Under the pieces are notes generated by a model, which saw nothing but the letters and a program-made list of their open reading frames with translations, was not told the origin of the DNA and did no database searches. A stretch of DNA of 64,000 nt from an uncultured Candidatus Rokubacteria bacterium (GTDB lineage: Bacteria > Methylomirabilota > Methylomirabilia > Rokubacteriales > DASRDR01). Within the stretch, counting starts at the first letter, position 1; each line of letters opens with the position of its first letter. Location of the stretch: positions 480,001 through 544,000 of the forward strand of contig CAVPSB010000014.1 of NCBI GenBank assembly GCA_963708025.1. Direction: 5' to 3'. Below are positions 22,183-32,040 of this stretch, piece after piece. Made by a program: the position numbers and the translations under genes.

Positions 22183-22676
22183 ATGAAGACGATGCTCAAG
22201 ATCGCCGTAGTCGCCACTACCCTTGTCTTGATGCTCATGGCCGATGTGCCGCTTCTGCCCGTGCAACTGGTGCCCGAAGCGCACGCGATCCTCGGCGTCC
22301 GGCGCCGCACGCCGTCGTGGTCGGGGCCGCAGTCCACGCTGCGGATTCGGCCCAGATGGCCCAGGCCCAGCAGCAGGCGGCCGCGGCCCAACAGCAGGCC
22401 GCCGCCGCCCAACAGCAGGCCGCCGCGGCCCAACAGCAGGCCGCGGCCGCTCAGCAGCAGGCTGCCGCTGCCAGCAGCAGGCCGCCGCAGCGCGTCCCGC
22501 TCCGCCGCCTGCAGCCGCCGGGACACCGTTGCCGCTGGGCACCGTCGTTGTCCGCCCTTCCCGCAGGTTGCGTCTCCACGCCGGTCGGCGGCGTGGAGTA
22601 CTACTACTGCGGCGGCAACTTCTATCGCGCGGTGTTTCAGGGGAACACCCTGGTGTATGTGACGGCGCAGCCGTAA
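22183..22676 (+). CDS. Exported Q/A-rich protein with a DUF6515-like C-terminus (frameshifted)
   Basis: 21-bp QQQAAAA repeats; LPAGC...GGVEYYYCGGNFY. Confidence 0.6.
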
Positions 22677-22971
22677 TGAAAAAGACAGGCGAACCTGGCC
22701 CGGAACCCGGCGGTCCTGGCGAGCGGAGTGAGCCCGGTCGTCGCGGCGGTCGAGGAGGTCCGCCGTATTCTCGGGCTGCACGCACGTCTGAGGAGGACCA
22801 CGAGTGAACGCCAAGGGCGAGGTCCTCATCTGAGGACCAGGAGGGCACCGGTGGGTGGAGGGAAGCCGCAGTAAGTCGCGCCATCACGCGATCGTAGCGC
22901 AGGGTCAGGGACGAGGCAGCGGAGCCGTGGCCGCAGGGAGCGTTCACCATGTCAGTGACAAGGAGGGGCGG

Positions 22972-23677
22972 ATGAGCCGAAGATGCGTTCTGATGAGAGG
23001 GGTCGTCGGTGTGCTGGCGGCCCTATTCGTGGCGGCCGGGACGATGCCCGCGTTCGCCGACGACACCGCGGATGCCAAGGAGCTGGTGGAGAAAGCTAAG
23101 CTCACCATCGAGAAGTTCTCGACCGATCCTGCCATGAGCGGCTTTCGCGACGCGGTGAAGCGGGCTAAGGGCGTATTCATCTCGCCCCAGGTGCTTCGGG
23201 GCGCGTTCATCATCGGGGTCTCGGGAGGCAGCGGCGTGCTTCTGGCGCGGGAGGAAAAGGGGAACCAGTGGGGAGGACCGGCGTTCTACACGGTCGGTGA
23301 GGCGAGCTTCGGCCTCCAGGCCGGGGGCGACGCGCAGGAGGTGGTGCTGCTCGCGATGACGGAGCGCGGCGTGACCAAGCTCCTGTCGGCCACCACCAAG
23401 CTCGGCACCGATGCCAGCGTGGCCGGGGGACCGGTCGGCGCGGGAGTGACGGCCGAGACCGGGCCTGAGCGCGGACATCATCAGCTTCGCGCTGAGCAAG
23501 GGGGTGTTTATCGGCGTCTCACTCGAAGGGGCGGTGGTCGGGGTCCGCGGGGTCCTGAACAACGCCTACTACGGCAAGGAGGTCAACCCCACCGATATCC
23601 TGATCCGCCAGACCGTCAAGAACCCACAGGCGGCGCCGCTGATCGCGGCGGTCGCCAAGGTGGCCGGCGGGAAGTGA
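22972..23677 (+). CDS. Lipid-binding SYLF (Ysc84) domain protein (frameshift near 23462)
   Basis: AKGVFISP...GAFIIGVSGGSGVL, SFGLQAG, N.AYYG. Confidence 0.85.
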
Positions 23678-24257
23678 GCCGCCGGTCTTCGGGCTCGAGC
23701 GACGATCCGGGCGTGGGCTGTGACGGCCGGAAGGCTCGGGCCCGGAGGCGAGCAGAGTCAGGGCGGCGTGCCGGGGACGGGCGGGGAGGCGTCGAGAACG
23801 CGGGAGCGCGATGTGTCGTGACACCGTGATGCCCCGGATCGACCCGTCAAGGGGCGGGACAGCCCCTCTTCGATCATGCATCAGATGTCCGGCCCGCGCC
23901 GTCTCCGCGCGCCAGCGGGATTCTCGACGAGAGGACGGTTGACCTCAGGCAAGGATGGTAGCGGTGGCTGATGGAAGGCATGGCGATGAGCACAGCGGAC
24001 GTGCCGCAAGGATGGAGGCTGAAGGAGTGAGCCAGTGACGAACGCTCGCGCGAGTCGATCCCGAACGGTTGACGGTTGGCGGATCGGTTGAGGTCTGGCC
24101 GACCGCCCGGATGACGCCGTGGTGGCCGTTCCCTATCGGGGCAAGATCGGCAAGGTGACGATCGAGCTGAAGGACGTGGAGACTGCCGATCCTCGCGAGG
24201 ATCAGCACGTCACAGGCTCGCCGCCATGAATAGGGCGCGGGCCGATTGACACGTCCG

Positions 24258-25290
24258 ATGGTGTGGCTGGGGCGCCTCCTGGTGGGGCTCGGGTGCAGCG
24301 TCGTGCTCGGATGGATGGCGCTGGCCATCTACTTCGACTTCTCGCGGCTCGGGCCCCCGTGGCTCCGCGCCGGGCTCGGCGTTCTCGTACCGGTGGGCGC
24401 GCTGGTCGCTCTCTGGCTCGTGCGCCCGCGCCGGCGGGCGCTCGCCGGGATCCTGGGGGCGTTCGTCGTGGTCCTCGTCACGTGGCTCGCCATCCCGCCG
24501 TCCAACGAGCGGGACTGGCAGCCCGACGTGGCAACGCTGGCCTTTGCCGACATCCACGGCGATCGCGTGATCGTGCACAACGTCCGCAACGCCGAGTACC
24601 GGACCGAGACCGACTACACGGTGCGCCTCGAGGATCGCGCGCTGGACCTCTCGAAGCTCCGCTCCCTGGATCTCTTCCTCGTCCACTGGGGATCGCCCCT
24701 CATCGCCCACACGATCATGAGCTGGGGGTTCGAGGGCGATCGGTACCTGGCCATCTCGATCGAGACGCGCAAGGAGAAGGGCGAGCAGTACTCGGCGCTG
24801 CGCGGGTTCTTCCGCCAGTACGAGCTCGTCTTCGTGGTCGCGGACGAGCGCGACGTCGTGCGCCTCCGCACGAATGTCCGCGGCGAGGACGTCCACGTCT
24901 ACCGGCTCGACGCGCCCCCCGCGGACGCTCGCGCGCTGCTGCTCCGGTACCTCGAGGAGGTCAACCAGCTGCGCGAGCGGCCCCAGTGGTACAACGCGCT
25001 GACGGACAACTGCACGACGGCGATCCAGCGCCTCGCCCGGGTCGGGCGCCCGCCGGTCGTGGTGGAGCTGGAAGCTCTTCCTGAACGGCTACCTCGACGA
25101 GCTGGCGTACGACATCGGCGCCATCGATCGCTCCCTGCCGTTCTCCGTCCTCAAGGCGAAGAGCCACATCAACGAGCGGGCCAAGGCCGCCGACGACGAC
25201 CCACGATTCTCGGTCCGGATCCGGGACGGGCTTCCTCGGATGTCCCGCGACCGCGGCGAGGCGATGACGCTCAGGGATGGAGCGGCGATG
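24258..25290 (+). CDS. DUF4105 (Lnb N-terminal-like) membrane protein (frameshifted, end approximate)
   Basis: PSNERDWQ, AHTIMSWGF, SIETRKE, YNALTDNCTT. Confidence 0.8.
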
Positions 25291-27188
25291 AGCTCCGACG
25301 TGCGGCTGCGCCCGCATCGGCTCGCGCTCGTCTCGGCGCCCTCGGGCTCTGGCGCCTGGCGGCCTGCGCGGGCCCGGTGGGCACGGTCCGGGTCGACCCC
25401 AAGGTCGTCCATCGCCACCTCGGCCGGAGCGCCATCACGACGGGCGAGCCGAGCCTGGCCCGACGCGCAACCTGCTCTTCGAGCGCGGTCTGCTTCGAAG
25501 CCTTCGACGAACGCCCGGAGGCCGCCATTGCCGAGCTGCACCGGGCGATGGTCGCGGCGGGGGGGGACCCGGACCTGCTCTTCGCCCTCGCCGAGCTCTC
25601 CTTCCTCCACGGCCAGGCGACCACGAAGCCCGACTACCACCTGGCCGCGGCCGTCTACGCCTACGCCTTCCTGTTCCCCGAAGGGCCCGGGTGCGCTCCC
25701 CGGGCGGTTCGACCCGCGCCTGCGGATCGCGGCGGATCTCTACAACTGGGCGCTCACGGCGAGCCTTCGCCTCGGAGGACCGCTCGGAGGTCGTCCCGCG
25801 GGGCGGCACGTTCACGCTGCCCTTCGGGCCGATCGAGGTGGCGTTCGATCCCGCCGCGCTCCGCGCCGGGGATCGGGAGCTCTACCGGTTCATCGCCGAC
25901 CGCGGAGCTGGAGGTGCACGGGCTGGCCATGCGGTATCGCTGGCCGGGCCTCGGCGCCCCGCTCGCCGCCTCCACCCGGCCCATCGATGCCTCGAGACCC
26001 GGCCGGGACCTGGTGGCGCCGCGGCTCCAGGTGCCGGTGACGGCCCTGCTCCGGATCGCCGAGGCCCGGCACGCCCTCGTGCAGGGGCGCCCGCTCGCGG
26101 GCACGCTCGAGCTCCACCTGGCCTGGGACGCGGAAACGGTCTCGATCGCCGGCGAGCCGGTCCCGCTCGAGAACGAGCCGACGGCGGCGCTCGCGCTCAC
26201 GTTCACCGGCGTGCCGATCATGGAGCTCGAGCTGCTCGGGTTCCTGGGCCGGCTGACCGGGCTGATGCGCAGCGGCCCCCGCTCGTCTCCGCCACGCCGT
26301 ACCGTCCCGGGCTCATCCCCGTGGTCTTCGTGCACGGCACGGAGTCGAGCGTGGTCCGCTGGGTGGAGATGTACAATCGTCTGCTGGCCGATCCCGAGAT
26401 CCGCAGCCGCTTCCAGTTCTGGTTCTTCCAGTACGATTCCGGCCAGCCCATCGCGCTGTCCTCTCTCCACCTGCGCGAGGCCCTGACGGCGGCGGTGGCG
26501 CGGCTCGACCCCGAGGGCAAGGACCCGGCCCTGCGCCGGATGGTCCTGATCGGGCACAGCCAGGGGGGTCTGCTGGTCAAGATGCAGGTCATCAGCAGCG
26601 GTGATCGGCTCTGGAACGCGGTCAGTCGCAAGCCGCTCGATCAGCTGGTCCTGTCCGACCACGACTCGCGACCTGCTCCGGCGTGGGCTGTTCGTCGAGC
26701 CGCTGCCCGAAGTCTCTCGCGTGGTGTTCATCTGCACGCCGCATCGGGGCAGCTTCGTCGCCGGACGCCATATCATCGCCAACCTCGTCCGGCGACTCCT
26801 GACCCTGCCCTTCGCTCTCACCGGGGTGGCGGCGGACATCGCCCGGAACCCGGACGCCCTGGCGAGCGGGGTGAGCCCGGTCGTCCCGTCGGCGGTCGAC
26901 AACATGTCGCCGCGTCACCCCTTCCTCCGGGCCCTGCAGGAGATTCCCGTCGCCCCGTCCGTCACGGTCAACTCCATCGTCGCGGTCGAGGGGGACGGGC
27001 CGGTCGAGCAGGGCAACGACGGCGTGGTGGAGTACTCGAGCGCCCACATCGAGCCGGTCGAGTCCGAGCTGGTCGTGAAGTCGAGCCATTCCACGCAGGG
27101 CAATCCCCACACCATCGAGGAGGTCCGCCGCATTCTCCGGCTGCACGTGGGTCTGACGACGGGCACGGTCCCGCTGGAGGCCCGATGA
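25288..27188 (+). CDS. Alpha/beta-hydrolase (esterase/lipase) lipoprotein (several frameshifts, start approximate)
   Basis: PVVFVHG, GHSQGG nucleophile elbow, TPHRGS, DGVVEYSSAH. Confidence 0.8.
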
Positions 27189-27271
27189 CCGCCGAGGACC
27201 ATGGCCGGGAAACACGACCATGCCACCCGATTCGTCGTGGTCGTCATGTCGATCCAGGAGGACTCACGCAC

Positions 27272-27847
27272 ATGAAGAGCTCCGTCGTGGGAATACTGAG
27301 TCTCGCCGCCGTCCTGGTGGGATCGGTGGTTTCGGCGCTCGGCCCGGCCGCCCTGGCTGGCGAGCTAGCGGGCGTGACGCTGCCCGACACGCTGAAGGCC
27401 GGCGAGAAGACGTTGAAGCTGAACGGGCTGGGCCTCAGGAAAAAGGCCGTGTTCGAGGTCTACGTGGGCGGGCTGTACCTCGAATCACCCTCCAAGGACG
27501 CGGCCGCCATCCTCACGGCCGACCGGGCGAAGGCCATCCGCATGCATTTCCTGCGCGATCTGACGAAGGCGCAGCTCGTCGAGGCCTTTCAGGAGGGCTT
27601 CGAGGCCAACGTGAAGGACCGGGCCCCCCAGAAGGCCGCGTTCGACAGGATGCTCGCGCTCGTGCCCGACGTGAAGATTGGCAGCACGCTGACGTTCACG
27701 TACCTGCCGGGAAAAGGCACGACGCTCTCTGCCGGGAGCAATGAGCTGGGTGTCTTCGAGGGGAAGGGGTTCGCGGACGCGGTCTTCGCGATCTGGCTGG
27801 GTCCCAAGCCGCCTACCGAGGATCTGAAGAAGGGGCTGCTGGGCTGA
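27272..27847 (+). CDS. Chalcone-isomerase-like (fatty-acid-binding fold) exported protein
   Basis: LKLNGLGLRKK..F.VYVGGLYL, F.IWLG..P...LKKGLLG. Confidence 0.85.
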   Translation: MKSSVVGILSLAAVLVGSVVSALGPAALAGELAGVTLPDTLKAGEKTLKLNGLGLRKKAVFEVYVGGLYLESPSKDAAAILTADRAKAIRMHFLRDLTKAQLVEAFQEGFEANVKDRAPQKAAFDRMLALVPDVKIGSTLTFTYLPGKGTTLSAGSNELGVFEGKGFADAVFAIWLGPKPPTEDLKKGLLG

Positions 27848-28030
27848 TGCGGTGGCGCCCGAGGAGCGCGCCCGCACGAGCGTCCGGCAACGGGTGACGA
27901 AAGAGATCATGCGATGCGCCGACGCGACCCTGGCAATGGGCGACACGAACCGACCAGTCGCTCTGGCGGGCTCTCCGCTTATCGTAGTCCCGGTCGACGC
28001 GGGCTCGGGTCGGGCGCGCGGGGGTTCTGA

Positions 28031-30491
28031 GTGATCGTCACGGTGTCGCTGGCCCAGATGCTCCTCGGCGTCCTCCTCCTGTTGACGCCCGTGGTCCGCG
28101 GCGAGGCGGCGGACCAGAAGGCGTCGGCTCCGCAAGAAGCGACGGTCCCGGCGCCGCCGCCGTTCCCGGCGATCCCACTCGCCGAGGTGGCGCCGCAGGC
28201 CACGGAGATGGAGGCGCTCCTGCGCGCCTATCGGACGCTGCAAGCCTCCACGCCGGCGACCTCGATGATCGAGAAGCAGCTTCCCGAGGCCAGCGCCCTC
28301 ATCAGCCGCGAGCTCGAGCGGACGCTGAGCCTCCTGCGGGAGCAGCCGACGCTCGAGACGCTCGAGGTGAAGCAGGAGCTCTGGGCAAGGCGGCAGCTCC
28401 TGACAACCACCTGGCTGGGTGCGCTCACGCGACGGGTCATCCACCTGCAGGAGGCCCTGACCCGCCTGGCGGACCAGCATCAGACGTGGACCCAGACCCA
28501 GGATGCCGCGCGTGCGGCAAAGGCGCCGGAGCCGATACTCGGGCAGATCGCCGAGGTTCTCGCCGCGATCGAGGCCGCACAGACGCCCCTGCAGGCCCAG
28601 CGCGCGGTCGCGCTCGAACTCCAGAGCCGTGTCGCCCGGGAGGTGGCCCGCTGTCAGACCGCCTTGGCGCAGGTGGCCGAGGCGCAGCGGCAAGCGGTGG
28701 GAGGGCTCCTGGAGCCGGAGCGCCCGCCGATCTGGAACACCCAGTGGTGGGTGGGCGCGCGGACCGTCAACGCTCGCAACGTCCGCGATATCGCCGCCGA
28801 CTGGTGGCGCGCGGTGATCCAGCACCTCCGCGATCCCGCCAACGGCCTGAAGGCGCATGCGGCACTCTTGGTGATCCTGGCCGCCTTGCTGTGGGCGGCA
28901 CGGCGCTGGACCCATGGTTCGGTCGCCATGGAGGGCGCCTCGTTCGCGACCGCGGTGTTCGATCGTCCCTTCTCCGCCGCGCTGCTCATCGGCCTGGTCA
29001 GCCATCCCTTCGTCTATGGCCCGGCGGGCCCGGAGACGCGGCAACTGTTCCAGGTCGCGCTGCTGGTCCCGGTGATCCGGCTGACGCGACCGGTCGTGGA
29101 CCCGCACGTGTTCCCTGGCCTCCTCGTGCTGGCAGCCGTGTTCACCCTTGATACCGTCCGAAGAGCCGCCGGCACGCTGGCGATCGAGCCAGCGATCCTG
29201 TCGGTGGAGATGCTCGCCGGGCTGCTCGGGCTGGGCTACACCCTGACGGTTGGGCCTCTCCGGCGCCCGCCTGCGCGGGATGCCGAGTCGGAGCGGTTGC
29301 GCGCCACTCGGGTGGTCGGCGCCCTCATTCTGGTCGTTGTTCGCCGCCGCGCTGGTGTGCACGGTCCTCGGGTACCTGCGCCTCGGGCGTGTGATCGCCT
29401 CCGGCGTGCTCGGCAGCGTCTTCCTGGCGCTCGTGCTGAGGCCCGTCGTCCGGGTGATCACCGGTCTGGTCGCGCTGACGCTCCGCATGTGGCCGGTCCG
29501 GCTCCTCCGGATGATCGAGCATCACCGCGACCTCCTCGAGCGCCGCACGCACCGCGTGCTGGTCTGGCTTGCGGTCGGCGTGTGGCTCACCCGCTCGCTG
29601 GACTACGTCGGCGTGCTGGGGCCGGCGCGGACGCTCGGGCAAAGCCTGCTCGGTGCCAAGCTCGAGCGGGGCGCGCTCAGCATCTCCGTCGAGGACGTCC
29701 TGGCCTTCGCGCTCACGCTGTGGGTCGCGTACCTGCTGTCCGCCTTCCTTCGCTTCGCACTGGAGGAGGACGTCTATCCCCGCGCTGGCCTGGCCCGCGG
29801 CTTGTCCTATGCCCTCTCGAGCCTGCTGAACTACGTCCTCCTCACCGTGGGCTTCCTGGCGGGCCTGGCGGTCCTGGGGCTGGACCTCACGAAGCTGACC
29901 ATCATAGCCGGCGCGTTCGGCGTCGGGATCGGCTTCGGCCTGCAGAGCGTGGTGAACAACTTCGTCTCGGGGCTGATCCTGCTCTTCGAGCGGCCGATCC
30001 ACGTCGGCGATACCATCGAGGCGGGCGGGATCACGGGGAGCGTGCGCCGGATCGGCATCCGCTCGAGCGTGGTGCGCACCGGGCAAGGGGCCGAGATCAT
30101 CGTCCCCAACGCGCAGCTCGTCACGGAACGGGTGACGAACTGGACGCTCAGCGATCGACAACGGCTCATCGAGCTGCCGGTGGGCGTGAGCTACAGCGCG
30201 CATCCCAAGAAGGTCATGGAGATGCTGGAAACGGTGGCGCAGGCACACCCCCAGGTGTTGCGGCAGCCACCGCCCAGGGCGTTCTTCACGGGCTTCGGCG
30301 ACAGCTCGATCAATTTCGAGCTGCGAGCCTGGACGGACCAGTTCGACCAGTGGTTCCAGATCCGGAGCGAGCTGGCCGCGGCCGTGTATGATGCGGGCCA
30401 GGCGGCCGGGATCTCGTTTCCCTTTCCCCAGCGCGAGGTGCGTCTGCTTCAGGACCCCTCGGCCCGGCCCGCTGCGGGCCCGGTACCCTAG
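28031..30491 (+). CDS. MscS/MscK-family mechanosensitive channel (frameshift near 29335)
   Basis: GVGIGFGLQ..VNNFVSGLILLFERPI.VGD, IIVPN, FGDSSINFEL. Confidence 0.9.
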
Positions 30492-30684
30492 AGAAGCTCG
30501 GCACGGCCGCCCCGGCCGGCGAGCTGGCGGACGCGACGTTGCCCGACACGCTGAAGGCCGGCGAGACCCGCACAGGGGCAAAGTGCTCCTGGAAGACCTG
30601 TTGCGGATTTGTTGCGTCTCCTGCCGCAGACTGCCGGGAAATGCCGACCAGAGAGCGAGAAGTTACCGTTACTTAGCGTGGACC

Positions 30685-30760
30685 GACGAAAGAAACTCTT
30701 TCGCCGCTTTGCAGGGGCGTCAGGTGGGGGAACTATAGACTGTGACAGGCTTTTCAGTCA
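30685..30760. repeat. Right att site (76-bp direct repeat; displaced 5' end of the glutaredoxin gene)
   Basis: Identical to 5146-5221. On the minus strand it is preceded by GAGGAG and an ATG at 30761. Confidence 0.95.
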
Positions 30761-30859
30761 TTCCGACACTCTCCTCTATGGTACCCATTGGCCCGAGTGG
30801 CCCCGTTTTGCGCCCGTTCGCGCCGCGTCGTTCCGGCTCCAGGGCTGGGGTCGCCGCGG

Positions 30860-31110
30860 GGAAAGACCGGCACCGCTGTCCGGAGTCATCGTCCAGCCGG
30901 TTCGTGATCTCCCGTTGGCCGCCCGGAAACGGTGGATGTAGCAGTTCATCGTCTTTTGGATGCTTCGGTGCCGCATCTGGCTTCAGCAGCAGCACCTCGC
31001 CCCCCCGGAGGCCTGTCCGGGATGATCAGCACGATGGGATAGAGGGCTGGGAAGTGTCGCTCAGCGGCGAGCAGCAAGGTTCTCAGCTCCGGCTCAGGGA
31101 ACAGTTTCCG
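30860..31110 (-). pseudogene. Internally deleted relic of a related tyrosine integrase
   Basis: LFPEPELRTLLLAAERHFPALYPIVL resembles int VFTAEELRQLIDVARAEFPREIYVLVL. HRSIQKTMNCYIH..PGGQREITNRLDD resembles int HSSIKITVDYYGHLVPTRRRVIVNRLDD. Confidence 0.75.
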
Positions 31111-31154
31111 GGCGTCGACGGCACGGCTGCCCCTTGGCCGGGTCAAGGCCGGGC

Positions 31155-31775
31155 TCAGCCGGGCAGCCTCCAGGCCGCGCAGAGGTCCGCCGAGGTTACG
31201 ACATCGCCGAAATACGCGCGGATGTTGTAGAGCGTCGCGTCGTGGGCCGGTCGGTGGCTGGTGGCGGCCGCGTCCTCGGGGAGGACGACGTAGTAGTCGA
31301 GCATGTGGCCGTCACGCGCCGTCGACTCGACGCACACGTTCGTGGCCGTCCCGGTCGGGACGATGGTGCGAATGCCCCGGCTGCGGAGGATGAGGTCCAG
31401 CGGCGTGTTGATGAAGGCGCTGTAGCGGTGCTTGGTGACGACGACGTCGCCCCCGTGTGGCCGAAGGTCCCCGTACCAATCCGCGCCCCAGGTGCCTTCA
31501 GTGCAGCCGGAGGCCGCGCGGCCGCGGCGGCGCTCGCGCCATGCGTCCGAGTTCGTCGTCTCGTCGTGGCTGGCTCGGATGAAGACCACCAGGACCCCCG
31601 CGCGCCGCGCCACGGCCGTCAGGGCCCCGAGCGTCGGCACGATGACCCGAACGAGGCGTACGTCGTCGCCGTTCTTCGCGCTGGCGCCCTGGTCGTCACA
31701 GAAGTCGTTCTGCATATCGATGACGAGCAGCGCGGTGTGCTTGGGAGCGACCTTCTCGGCTAGGGTGGTCAGCAT
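31155..31775 (-). CDS. Isochorismatase-family cysteine hydrolase
   Basis: ALLVIDMQNDF, KHRYSAF, GTATNVCVEST. Confidence 0.9.
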   Translation of the reverse strand: MLTTLAEKVAPKHTALLVIDMQNDFCDDQGASAKNGDDVRLVRVIVPTLGALTAVARRAGVLVVFIRASHDETTNSDAWRERRRGRAASGCTEGTWGADWYGDLRPHGGDVVVTKHRYSAFINTPLDLILRSRGIRTIVPTGTATNVCVESTARDGHMLDYYVVLPEDAAATSHRPAHDATLYNIRAYFGDVVTSADLCAAWRLPG

Positions 31776-32040
31776 GGGTCCTCGTCGCTCGCGCGTCGCG
31801 CCCCGCGCCCGCCGCCCGTCAGCCCGCGATGAGTCGCTCGAGCGCCTGGGCCATCCGCCGGTCCAGGCGCTCGTAGAAGCGCCGTTGCTCGAGCGTGCGG
31901 CCGCGCGGGCGAGAGGGTGATCACGGGATTGGTGTTGATTTCCACCTGAACCTTGCCATGGAGCACGCCGGAGTCCATGCGTCCGTATTCGATTCGCGCC
32001 AGCCGGAAGATTGCCCGCGGGGGTGGGGCCGGACGCCGCG

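Larger units (their letters stand above)
5146..30760. mobile_element. Tyrosine-integrase genomic island (~25.6 kb) integrated in the selenoprotein glutaredoxin gene
   Basis: Flanking 76-bp direct repeats, integrase and excisionase at the left end, the same 18-bp arm-like motif inside both ends, accessory cargo. Confidence 0.9.

Noticed and set aside
22360-22480. 21-bp tandem repeat as a separate element
   Set aside because: It encodes the QQQAAAA linker of the exported protein.
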